A stretch of DNA of 64,000 nt from Raillietiella orientalis (GCA_036172245.1 JAYWIR010000001.1:5456001-5520000), one strand, 5' to 3'; shown: positions 25,001-37,500, counted from the stretch's first letter. Notes: generated by a model not told the origin, from the sequence alone. A program made the numbers and translations.

Positions 25001-28000
25001 GGAGTAAGAGGATGAAGGAAGTAGAAAAGTTCCTGGACACGAGTACCTGATTCTACTCCCTTCTGACGGAGTCACCGTCCTGCTTAGCTCCTTTTCCTCC
25101 CGTTATCCCAGAGAAACAACGGAACGCAGAGTCAGGAGGTTCGGTGAGCTTGCAGCGAAGCACAAAGAAAGCTGCGACGATCGGCCCCGCAGGCGATCGG
25201 GAGAGTGCCGCTGACTCTGGCTGGCACCGATGGCAAGACCGTCAGGGAGGCGGGTCACAGACTTACCGAACCGGGACTTCCGCTCCCTGCCCTCTCCCTC
25301 GTTCTTTCCCCCTGAGCAGAGCTCCCGAGAAAAAGGCAAGGGGACCCTTGCCTCTCAAGAGAGGGGACATGCAGGGACCGGCTCCTCGGCTCGTCGCAAC
25401 CGGGTAGGGGTGGGCACGGAGACGAAAGTTCGACTGCTCACCTCCAGCTGGGAAGGAAGGGTCTCGAGGCCGCCTATCTTGTTGTTGGACAGGTTCAGGT
25501 GCGTCAGCTCCCGGAGGGACTCTAGGCCATCCGGGACCCTCTCGAAGTGGTTCCAGCTCAGGTCAAGCTTCTCTAGGTGCCTGAGGCTCGGCGACGCTGC
25601 CATGTTGATGCTCGAGAGACAGTTCTTGCTGAGCGACAGGCAGCGGAGGTCACGGATGGACCCCAAATCGGGCAGGTCTGTCAGTCCCAGCCCTTCCAGA
25701 CGCAGGCAGGTCAGCTCGCCGAAGTGAGGTTGGCGGTGTCGGATGGGGCAGCAGCAGCCCCAGGAGCCGCAGGCATCCGCTACGCCTTTGCTGAGTGCAG
25801 GAGCGCTCTCAGGCTCGTCTTCCGCCTCCCCTGCAGCGCCTGCAGCCGGAGAAGGATCAGGTGACGGCCCCAGCGACGGGAAGAGCTTCAGCAAACAGTC
25901 TGAGCTGCATCGCGTCCACGGGTTGTTCGAAACGTCCAGGCGGGCAAGCAGGGGACAGCGATCAAGCAGCTCCCGCAGCAACGCGCACTTGGTGCTGAAG
26001 GCGTTCCAACTGAGATCGAGGGTCCGGAGGTTCAGAAGGGAGCCCTATGAACAGAACCGGCGCTGTTCGGGAGGCGGCTCCGCGGGACGAGTGCCTCCGA
26101 AGTCTCACCTGCATTCCCGATGCTTCCTGAAGCTCGTTGAAACTCAGGTCGCACAGCTCCAGCAGAGGGATGAGGTCCAGCTTCGGGAAGGAGCGGATGC
26201 GGTTCGCCCTCAGATGCAGCCGGCGGAGTCGGGACAGAGCCGTGATCAAGGGAAAGGAAAAGAGCTCTTGCCCACACAGGGACACCTCGACCATCTGACC
26301 GTGAGGAGGAGGAGGAAAGGGAGAAAGCATCATCTCTTTTGATCACTTCCCGAAAAAGGAGAGGAAAGAAAGGGGAAGGCAGGGGAATGAAATGGAGGAG
26401 GAGAAGGAAGAAGAAAGGAGGAAGACGAGAAGAAACGCTGTTCGCCACCTACGCTGTTGCGAACTCCAGATGTCTTCGCCCTTCCTTCGGAAAGCTCAAT
26501 GTCAATCGGTACCGGGATGCTGTCGCAAGAGCGCCTGACCCTGGTGACCGGATGCGAAGCGAGCTCCCCAACGTCACCGACAGGACGATTCGCGGGCCAA
26601 GAGATGGCCAATCACTGCTACTGACCTGCGAGATGGGAGCAGGAGCTGCAAAACCGCCGGAGCTAACCGTTCCTTTACCCCGTGGGCACGTTTTCAGACC
26701 TCTGTTGAAGAGGAGGAAGGAAGAAAAGAGGAGGAGGAGAAAGATTCCTGCTTTCGAAAACGCTGCTACCCCAAGCGCATCAACAAAGATATCGATATGT
26801 GTTGAGCTCTGGAAAAACCACTAAGAGGGATCGTTAATATTAGGCTCCTTTGCTGTCCCTCTTCTCTCCGACAGTGATTGCCGCGTCATGACCTTCGTCA
26901 GAGGAAGGAACACGGAAGGAAGACTCCACCGGCAGGCCGATTGGCGACTCAGGACCCCTCCTACAGAGCCTTAGGAAGCAGGGAGGGTGCAAGAAACTTG
27001 CACGTCGATGGAATAGGCACTCTCTTGTTGGCCGGAGCTACTGCCTCCGCCGCCGTTTGCAGGGACGGTGCTGACAAAAGGTGAAGACGCTCCCTTCCTC
27101 AAACGGCGCCCGTGGCCTCTCAAATCCTCCTCCTTCTCCTCTTTATGACCGCCGAGGTCCGAATTTTGAATCCCCTCCGCAGACGCGGGCTGGAGGACAG
27201 GGATGGAAAGAAACCTCTCCCCGGAAGTGCGTTCCAATGGCAACTGGAGCGCGGCTCGAACCGACTCCCCTCCAACAGGTTCCTGCGCCAATCACGAAAC
27301 CCGGTACATACGAGGGAAGGGGGATAGAAGACAGGATATGACTCATCCCCACTGAGGATGCAAGTCCGAGGCGGTCTCTGGACGCCGCGTTTCGAGGGTA
27401 CGGTTAGGACGAAACGCCGCTCCTGTCGCGCCCGCGGCTCCCATTCGAGTCCAGACGACTCCTGGCAGGGAAATATGGGAGAAGGACCAGGGGTTGGCCG
27501 GCCATGGGCGCATAAGGCTGGGAAAGCCTCCCTCCAGGAAACCATGTCGACGAGCAGACGCTTGGAGAGGTGCGCGCCCCCCAACCAGCGGCGGCAGTGG
27601 CGCGCGCACAAGAGAGCAGCCCCCGCCTCCGGTTCTTGGAGTGCTGCCCGCCCCTCAGCTGCTCAGGGGCCCTGGGAGGAACGAGCGCGGCGGACACCTT
27701 TCGGCGGTAGAGGAAAGGCGCCAAGTCCGCCTTTCCGCGCGCGCTCCTGCGGAAGAGGCGCGAAGAATGGAGGACGCCTAGCGCCAAAGGGCGTTGGGCG
27801 CCCAAGGTTCGCGCCACGCGGAAGATCCCGCATTCGGCTTCTCCCGCGTGCCTCTCCGGTGACCGCCCGCTCCCCAGGGAGGCAGCCTGCCGTGGCTCAA
27901 GGGCTAGCAGGGAAGGAAAACCTGAAAACGCACCAGGCAGGTGCACTCCGGTTGGTGTCTCCTCCGACCTGGTATCGTTTTCAACTAGCAATAATCGCGC

Positions 28001-31000
28001 CTCCCTTTCGTTCAGCGGCGGCGATACTGCCCGTGAGCCCGACCTGGTATCAGAGAGCGGCACGGACGGTAGCAATCGTGCCCAGGGCCCTAGGGCTGCA
28101 GTGATCCAAGAATCGGCAGCAGCAGGTAGCGGATGGGAGACCGGTGGAGCCGAAGATGAACCGGCAGAAGCAGTCGAACCGCTCGCGCGCACGGGCCCTA
28201 CCCACCAACCCATCCGCGACAGAGAAAGGAAAGCAAAAAGAAGGGAAAAAAACAGACCATCAGCCATAATGGCTCGCGCCTCCCCCATCCACAGGAGAGT
28301 GGACGGCCAGCCGATCTGCAGGTTCCGAACTTCCGCTCCGCACCACCATCACGAACGTGCCCCGGATGCCACCCGCAAGCGATCGGCGGCTTCCCGGTAT
28401 CCCAGGAAACCGGGCGACGAGCGCGAACGCGACCGCGTGCTCGGGACGTGCGACGCCATCTTGCGGAATTTACGTTTTCCAGAGCCGGCGCGGACGGCAC
28501 GTTCTCCTCCAGGCGAACTGACGTCTCCTCTGCGTGTCTTCGCCTGCGCTCGTGATTTTGCAAGAAGTCCTCGATCTGATCCGACAGGATTCCCTGCATT
28601 CCAGAGTTCTCGACCGTTGGCTCCTATAACAGGGAGAAGGGAAAACAACAGTGGTGCGTGCAACAGCCACGGAACACCTGAAAGGAACAAACCGGCTCGC
28701 TTGTAGGGCGAAAACCTTCCTAGGTCGCTTGGCCCGCGCTTCATTTTCGTGCGTCGTGGAAAAGATAAGCAAAAAGAACGAACTTGTTGCTGCCTCGCGT
28801 TCTGGTCTCGTCAACTGCATAACGACAAACCGTCCTCGCAAAGGAAAACACACACAAAAACGGAAGGTGCGGACGCTCGAGTTTCTGCTTCGACAGGACA
28901 TCAGGCGGGACTCCACGAAATGTCGGCCCATGTGCGCGCGGAGCTGAGTACAACCTGCAAGAGTGGAGGAAGAACTCGCAGCTGTGGATAGCGACAGTCA
29001 CACTGGAAAGTCGTCACCAATGCTCCCACGCGGAGAGACGCACTCGAGGTCTTCGTTCCGTGCGTTTTCAAGGAAGAGAATTTTGCACCGGGAAGAAGCA
29101 AAGTGAAGGACGAGATCACGCGTTTGCCAAAGTGCTCCCGACGCGTGACACCTCAGCAGACCTTGAGCAGACCGACACATCTCCCTCTTGTGGCAGGTAA
29201 ACTTTGGGCGGAAGCAGCTCTGACCAGAGCTTGGTGTGCCCGGGGAAGTCACAAGCGCTGCCGCCGCACGTACAGAAGGATTCGAGGCCCAAGAAGCTTG
29301 TAGCGTGATGGCGCCCACGCAAGACGAACCGCAAAACGCGAGGGGTGGCTCCCGTGTGGCCACCCAATCAAGATCCCGTCCGACGTGCGGGTTCCTGGTC
29401 TCGTTTCGAAGTTCTCACCCGAGTCGATCCTGGCCAACCGGTCCATAATTTGTTTCGGAAAGGTCATACTTACGGCACGTCCAACAGAAACCCCCCGTAC
29501 GACACGGATTCGGTTAACAAGGCCACCGGGAAAGTGGCGAAAGTCCTCGCATAAAGCGGTCGATCAGCTCCGTACGACGCTGAGGGTAAATTTCAATTTT
29601 GTGGTGGGTAAACGCGAGCACGTGTTCCTTGGACAGGCACGTTTCGGCATCCTGCCTCGCTTCCAGCTTCCCGAATGAAGTCGCCCAAGAGGATGCCTCT
29701 TTCGGCAGCGAGGACGGTCGAGCGGGAAGCACGCAGGTCGGCCGAACGTCCGCAAAACGTCCAAAGTTTTCTCCCTTCCACTCCAAGTGGAGCAGCAGCG
29801 CGTCGAGGCTTCCGGTCTCCTGCTTTCGTTTCCAAGTGGGACGACTCGGGATGTTCCACCGCCGGGACGTGTGGGACAGGCGTTTTCCAAACGCGTGTCC
29901 CTGGACCTCGTGCAACGCGCAGGGCTCGTATAACGCGGGGCCGCCCACTACTGTGCAGCCTGAAGCACCCTGCCGACGGATGGCGCGCCCGTCCTTCGCG
30001 CGTCAACGGCGCCAACTTTACTTCAGCTTCCATGTCGATCATGCCGATTATGGCGCCAACTTCCTCTCTTCGCTTCAAGGTGGAATAACTCGAGATGTTC
30101 TACTGCCGGGCTGTTTTGAAATGCATTTCATATCTCGTAAATACACCCATGTATAGGGCTCTTACAGCGCGGAACGTATCCACGTGTCCATTGAGTATCC
30201 ATGTATCCGATGAGTCATACGGAGGCCCACTGTACGTGTAACCAGTCATTTGTCCTGCACTGCTGCCATCAGAACCGCCTGCAGGGACGCTCTTGACCGC
30301 GGACACGGGACTCCCTCACGAGTAGCGGAAATTCACGCCGAAAAAGCCCACGAAGTTACTGGAAAAATTCAACGGGGGATTCGCGCGACTTCTCACGCCC
30401 CTTCCTCACCGGCAGCCCCCTGATGGAGAACGGCGTCTATGACCATCGCAGCAGCACCTCAGCACGTGAAAGACCTCCCTAGCACCGGAAGCATGCCAGG
30501 GCCACTCCGACGGTGGGAGTGGCGAAACAGACGCGAGGGAACGAAAGAGACGTTGCTGCCGGCGCGGGGAGATGTCGAAAGTGTGGATGAGCGCTTCGGC
30601 AGGGGAAAATCTCTTGAAGGGATGCAGGACGAGACGCACGGATTGCTCGTATCTGTGAAACTTGTGATCCCGGTCTGGCCGAGAACCCACGAAGACGCCG
30701 TTCTAGGGAAAGGCCCTTGGGCCGTCTGCAGGGCTGAAGTGGGGGATCTGTGAGCGAACAGAAAGAGGCACAGCAAGCTAGAACCCGGGGCTCTTAAGGC
30801 TCTCCAGCACAGTCCGGCTTCTCATTTGCAAAGACGTTCCAGCTCTGTGGTTTCACCACAAGAAGAGCTTCAGGTGTGCCGCGTTGGTCACTCTACACCC
30901 CCGCAGGATTTTCTCCTGCGCCTATGGATTCCCCAAAGAAACTCCCCTGAAGAATCCGTCGAAGCCGCTGAATGAGGGAGGGATGTGGATTACGAGTGTT

Positions 31001-31556
31001 TCTGTGCTCCACTGCACCGCATGAGCCGTCGGCGTTGAGAGGAAAAAGGAGAGGAGTGGAGACGCGCAACCCTTTTGCGAGTCTTCAGGCCTCTCTGTAC
31101 TGGCAAAACAGCAGCGCCCGCGGGGTCTTCATCGCAAAGGGAGCCGATCGGCCATTCCGCCGTCAGTCCGCAGCCGACCGAAGAAGACGGTGGGGTACCG
31201 ATGGTTTCGTCCGCAGAGACGAAAGAAGACGGCAGCAAGCAGGGAAGGTGGGCGATTCTTCGCCCTCAAAGGTTCCTGCTTCTCTGCAGCTGAGGCAGCA
31301 GCAAGAAAAGCGGAGAAGCCACCGTCGAAAGGCGTTCGCAGGGCCTGCAGGGCTCGTGCGGGCGTGCGGTGACATGGAAACAAGCCCGAGCAAACCTCCC
31401 AGAATTCTAAGATCACGAGCTTTACGGAAAGAGGCGACGCTAGGTCAGCGTGAACGGATCCGAGGTCACGAACACAGGAGCGCTTGCTCGAAGTCGCCGT
31501 CTCAAGCGCCGTCTCACCTGACCACGAGGGAAGGATGGTAGCCAAGAATTAAACCA

Positions 31557-31588
<32 letters not shown>

Positions 31589-34500
31589 AACAGAAGGGTC
31601 ATCTCTTCTCGTGAAGACTTCACGAGAAGAGGACGCTTCGCGGAAGATCGCCGGAGATGGAACAGCCTCAAATATGCCCTACGGATAAACTCGTGCCTTC
31701 CCCTCTTTAAATAAACGGCCCACTCAACGCTGCCGCTCCATTTGCGTCGGGCGATCGCAGAAGGACCCCAAAACTCGAGTTTTCTCCCCCCCCCGTGCGG
31801 AATTCGCCGTCACCACGAAGGGCTTGGGATGGAGGAGGCAGCCAGTGGGGTCGCAACCTGAACTTCGTATGCGTATCCGATGATGAATTCCGGATAGACG
31901 AAAACGGGGTCAGCGATCAGCATGTCTTTGGCGTTCGGACAAACTGAGCAGCTCGAGTGGGCGAGCGTGGCAGCCACTTCATATGGGTCGCAGCAGCAAC
32001 TCGGGTGCCACAGAGCTTCGGGGAGTTCAAGGGGCAACGAATCCCTGAAAGACACAAACGCACACGACCTCAACAGGGACCCAGAAACGCTCGTGCATTG
32101 TTTATTAGGTCATCCTCGAGCGGCATCAGCAAGCAGCTGTTTCTTAGAGTGAGGGCAGCGAACGGCTTGCGAGATGGGGGGAGAGGGACGGAGGAGGAAG
32201 CTGTGCCACACGTGAGTCATGTGCGAATGACTGTGGACCACCGACTGTAGGGAAGCCGGCGCCATTTCCCGGCTGCGTCTTCCTCCACCCCGCCTCTGCT
32301 GCCAAGGGAGACGAACGCTACGAGGGTGTCCAGCGTCCTCGAAGTGTCCGCATCGCCATCCGGAACCTTCTGAGCGTGCGCCCGATGACCCCGGTGAACG
32401 GTCCCACGGTTCCCTTCTCCTCGCCGTCCATCGTCCTCGCCGATATGGTCACCCGGGTCCACGATAGGTGCGATCCTGCGGCACTCCAGAAGGAAGTTCG
32501 ACTAGGAGCGAGCGAACCTCGTGGATGAGCGAGGGGCGTCGTCTTCGCTTACAGATACGAAACAACGCGAATGCGCGCCGGGGACAACAGAGGTCCGGAT
32601 GCGGAAGAACGCATCAAAGGCGTGACGGATCTCTAAGGACTGTGAGGGCATCGTCCCCCGGGTAGCCAGAGGTTGACGTCCACGTGGGTCGATCGCGCTC
32701 GGTACCGCACCACAGACGTTCACAGGGCTCGTATAACGCGAAACAGCCCAAGCGTTGGACGGGCTCTACATCGCCCCCCAAAGGTGCAAGCTTACCTGTC
32801 GGGGGAGTAGGAGAGGTTGCCCTTGCCGACAAACACCCTTGCCAGGATGACCCGCTTGCTGGAGGGCGCTTTCGCGTTCTTCGGACGTGGGAGACCTTCC
32901 GCGAACGAGCAGCGACCTCCTCGATCGAGCATCCACAAGCTGTTCGTCAGGACGACCGGCGTCGCCTGGAATGGGAGGGGGGATCGGCTTGCGAGCGGGC
33001 TCACAGAAGACGCTTAAGAGGGAAGCAGCCAGGGGAGGTTTTCGACCCGAAGAGCTCCGGACCGGGGAACTCGCCTTCCTGGAGTCCATCAAGAACAGCT
33101 GCATCCAGTTGTCCCTTTCCATCAGGTAAAAGTACTGCCACTCTCCGCGGTAAGTTGGATTTCTTCTTAGGTACTCGTCGACGAAGTGGAACTTCATCCT
33201 GTTTCTGACGTTAGTGCAGTTCACAATCTTCACGCCGCAGACTCCGATTTTGCTTGACCATGGCATGGACGATCGAAAGGATGGAAGAAAAATACACGCA
33301 CCTGTAATGCTCCAGGCAGAGCGTGTTTGAAACAAACTGCTCGCAGCATCTCACCATCGGGTCATCTAGCGATACCTCGTTGAAAGACACGTTACCTCCC
33401 CAACGATATTCCATGTTTATGAATGACTTCTTCAGCTCGTAGAAACAAAGATGTGAGCATCCTAATTAATTAGCGCATACAAACGCAGTGGACCTCGGCA
33501 CAACGCGGACTCGCGTTGCGCGGCGACGACAAAATGGCGACGGCGGCCGCCCGCATCAGCCGAGCATCGCAACGCGGCTTCGTGCTTTTCCGGAAGAACG
33601 CGAGCACGTGTTCCTTGGACAGGCACGTTTCGGCATCCTGCCTCGCTTCCAGCGTCCCGAATGAAGTCGCCCAAGAGGATGCCTCTTTCGGCAGCGAGGG
33701 CGGTCGAGCGGGAAGCACGCAGGTCGGCCGAACGTCCGCAAAACGTCCAAAGTTTTCTCCCTTCCACTCCAAGTGGAGCAGCAGCGCGTCGAGGCTTCCG
33801 GTCTCCTGCTTTCGTTTCCAAGTGGGACGACTCGGGATGTTCCACCGCCGGGACGTGTGGGACAGGCGTTTTCCAAACGCGTGTCCCTGGACCTCGTGCA
33901 ACGCGCAGGGCTCGTATAACGCGGGGCCGCCCACTACTGTGCAGCCTGAAGCACCCTGCCGACGGATGGCGCGCCCGTCCTTCGCGCGTCAACGGCGCCA
34001 ACTTTTTTGTCTTCGGCTTCCTTTCCGATCCTCGTGCCAACGGCGGGTGTTTCTTGCAGGATGCTGCGCCTGCGCCATGCATGCGCTAACATGCATGGGG
34101 TGGAGCGGGTCCACGTCCACGTTGATGGCGTGCGTGCGAAAGGAACCGTTGACGCGCGCTCCAAACTCCCGGCGTATTTGGCACCCGAGGTTCGTGTCGA
34201 GGTCCGTTGGGGCGTGCGCTGCGGGGATAGCGGGCTGCGTCCCCGAGCAGCCAGAGGTTGACGTTTACGGGGACCGACTGCGCTCCATAACGCACCGCAG
34301 AGGCTCACAGGGCTCGTATAACGCGAAACGCAGCCCACGCGTTGGACGGGCTCCACTGCGCGATTTTCTCTACCATACATGAACGAACAGAATATTGGGA
34401 AGTTGACAGTACTTCTCGCTCATCTTCCAACAATCTCATGGCTTCGTTGAGAACATCCCCGTATGTGAAGAACGTCTTCACGATCTCTTTGATCTCATCT

Positions 34501-37500
34501 CCGCTGCACAACTCTTCCGGCGGAGGCTGCGACTCGCAGTCCATGGTGGAGATCTGAGCCCGAGAAGACATTTTAGTTTCCGTTCGCGCTTAAAGCGCAG
34601 TGTTGAAGATAGCCAAAAAGTTCACACAGCATTTCTGTGTACATGCGGATAAGGAACCGATGAATTTGGAACATTTGGTTATTTGCTCCTAAGAAGAACA
34701 GCAGTTTGCTTGACGGAGTCATGCGAATTCGATTGCATGCGAAGTCTCCTCGCCATGTGGAGTTTGAAAATTACAACCAGTTGCCAGAGGACCCTGACGT
34801 TTTCATTTCAACGTATAGTCAAAAACGAAACTTAGCAAATAACACATCCACATCTTTTTTGTTTTTGTTTTTCAAGTGCCCTTCTTTTAATGGTTCTGAG
34901 AAATTGGCTGCACCAGAAAGAATAGAGTTGAACGGCGGATTACGGTTTGAATGATGAAAAACAGTGAGGATCAGACTTGAAAAAATGCAGGTAAGTTTTA
35001 CCACGTAGCAAAACCATGAAAGAGAATAATTCCTCGTAACTTTCTTCTCCAGATACATCCTCGACGTCTGCCTCTCCTAAAAATCAGCTCTCAGCTCAAC
35101 TTAACAACGCGTAAACTCAGCCAGAAGGCGAAGCGTTTCCGGAGATCCTAGCGTCCGCAAAGTCCATCAAATGGAAACAGAATGCCTTTGGCGCTCTCGG
35201 ATTTTAATTAGCAAAGTGCTAGTTAAAATAGCTAAACTGCATCACCTTCTCCGCTCTCCCCACCTCCCCCTCCCACCCCTAAAGCAAAAAAAACAGAACT
35301 GAAGATAAAGCCAGAATATTTGATGATGAACCATTGAAGCCCCATTTCTATAGGCTGCTAGTACGTTGATGGTCCAACTTCCAGACCCTGAAAGGTGTGC
35401 GTCTCGTTTCCGTGTTCCAGGGAATATTCAGGAACAAAGACCCAACACACAGTTATATCACATGCTGGCAAAGGTGCCCAAGAAAGAAATCACAGAGATG
35501 AACTAAGTGTGGCATCAACCTGTTTCCTATGAAGGAGGAGGCACGTAAAGCTGCCAACCTAAAATGCAAGAACAAATTCCTGCCCCTCCCCATGGTCGGA
35601 CTTCATGCATTGTGAACCACCGTTAGATTGCAATGTAAAGTTTCGGGACGACAATCTCCTTATTGATTTGATGACACCGGTCCCTGTTGTCATCATATCT
35701 TGAACTGAGACGAAAACTTGGACTTTCCTTTCTTTCTCGACTGCCGAACTGTTGGGAACCACGGTGTCCTGCAAAGCACGTGTGTTTCCTTTCTGAGGGG
35801 TTCGACCCAAGTGAGGAACGCGTATCACCACGCTCCGGAAGTGCTAGCAGGGTCTGGAATCCTCCGCCCCGACCCCTTTGCCCTTTCTTTCTGAGACCAA
35901 GAAGCTTTGCAGGAGCTCTCTTCGTTCAGCCTTCGAGATTCAGAAGGTGTGCGTGTTTCGGATCTCCACATGCGCCTTACGTCTCTGCTTACGTGGATGC
36001 GAGCTCGTTCATCACACACTTGTATGCTCATTCATCACATTTCAGTCTGCGGATAGGCAGGCGCTTTTCCCTATGGAGTGCGCTCAGGCGGGTCTGCTTG
36101 CAAAGAGGATGGTCGCTCCAAGCGCCGGAGGCCCTCCTTGCTGCTTTCGCGGGTAGCAGCAAGGATGTTTCCGCACCCCAGCCCTTGGAATCCGAGAACC
36201 CATTGCGGCGCACGGCAAGAGCCTTGAAGAACGTCGACAGGGGTACATCAGTTGCATGGAATCCGTGTTTCATTACAGGAGGCTGGGGAAGCACAACATC
36301 TTCGACTACAACCACTCCCCTTCTCCTTCCCTGGAAAGATGGTTCGTTCTTGAGCTCGCAATTCCTCTTTTCCCCTTCCTTTCCACCGGAAGAGACCACC
36401 GGATAGACTTCGGGAGAGGTTGCCTCGCGAAAGGGGGGATGCGGGATCCCTTGCGAATGCACGGCTCACGCTTCTCCCTAGACCCTCCGCGCCCACGAGA
36501 GGTGCGCCAAACACCGTGCGTGCGGGGTTCGAGGAGGTGCTGTCATCTTCACTCCCTTTTTTAAAGAAAAATGCCTTTCTCTTTCGTTCTTTTCTCTTTC
36601 GCTTCGTCTCTTTCGGCTGTAAGCCGCGCTCTCACGCAAGATGAGAACAAGTCGACCGACCAATCAAATTGCTGAACAAGTTCCCACGGAGAATGTTTAC
36701 TCTTGACTTGAAAGAAACAGAGCAGAATATACCATGGCCATTATTTTGTACAATCAGAATCCTCTGACTCTGATTGCCACGAATGGTAACGCCAGACGGT
36801 GAGGCGTGGCGGGGAAAGGAAATCACGCGAGAGCGCCGCGAAGGATTCGCTGCCACCACAGGACAACCAGCGCGTCGAAGACGTCCTTCCTTCTGGGGAA
36901 GGCGAGCTGCATGGACATTTTCCTCACTTCCTAGCCGCCGGCACCCAGGTCGAAGTTGATACTCGTCCAGGCGGCTTCCAGTCGGAAGGATGCCGGCGCA
37001 CGCGCACCGTCCTCGCTCTTAGGAACACCGGAAAAGCAAAACGCAGATTTACTGCATTTGCGCCGACAAAGCTACGCAAAGAAACGTGCAGTGAGGAGAT
37101 TAGAGGAAAAAAAAAAAAAAAAATGAATCCGTCGGTCGATGAAAAAGGCATGAGGAGTGGAGCGTCATGCTGTAAACGCTTTCCCCTTTTTCTAAGTTGA
37201 CGGTAAACAGAAGAATTCTCTGCCACAAGGCAGTAATTTTGAGTAAGTTTTTACCCCTTTCCGTTCAGCGAGCTGTAGCTCTTCTTATCTTGTTTGTCAC
37301 CTTGGACCATCAACACACCATCGACCCGTAGAACGGCCATCGTCAAGTCTCTTGACTTTTTCTTCAGTTCTGTTTTTTGTTTTTGTTTTTTTGTTTTTCG
37401 GGGTGGAGAAGGGGTGATACACTTTTAGCTGTTTCAATTAGCACTTTGCTAATTTGAATATGAGAGCGCCAGAGGCATTCTTGTTATCTTGCTTAAATCG

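Noticed and set aside
28045-28055. TGGTATCAGAG as an LTR primer-binding site
   Set aside because: Not preceded by an LTR ending in CA; it resembles the plant-type tRNA-iMet end, and no gag/pol follows.
15900-32000. Numerous 100-290 aa ORFs on both strands in the GC-rich zone (e.g. 21433-22260, 27358-28104, 27404-28288)
   Set aside because: They are antisense shadows of LRRC9 exons or chance ORFs in GC-rich intron DNA, with no recognisable domain.
34290-34356. Element C as a pistol or twister ribozyme because of the GGGCT/AGCCC pseudoknot potential
   Set aside because: Lacks the pistol A-rich linker and GCG...GU core, and the twister UAA/GUCC-AAGC core; kept only as an unclassified structured element.
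33436-34380. In-frame T|GA created by splicing TCAT|gtatg to the TAG acceptor at 33462, as possible selenocysteine or pseudogene
   Set aside because: A stop-free phase-0 path exists (ATG|gtag to the acceptor at 33436), and no SECIS element was recognised.
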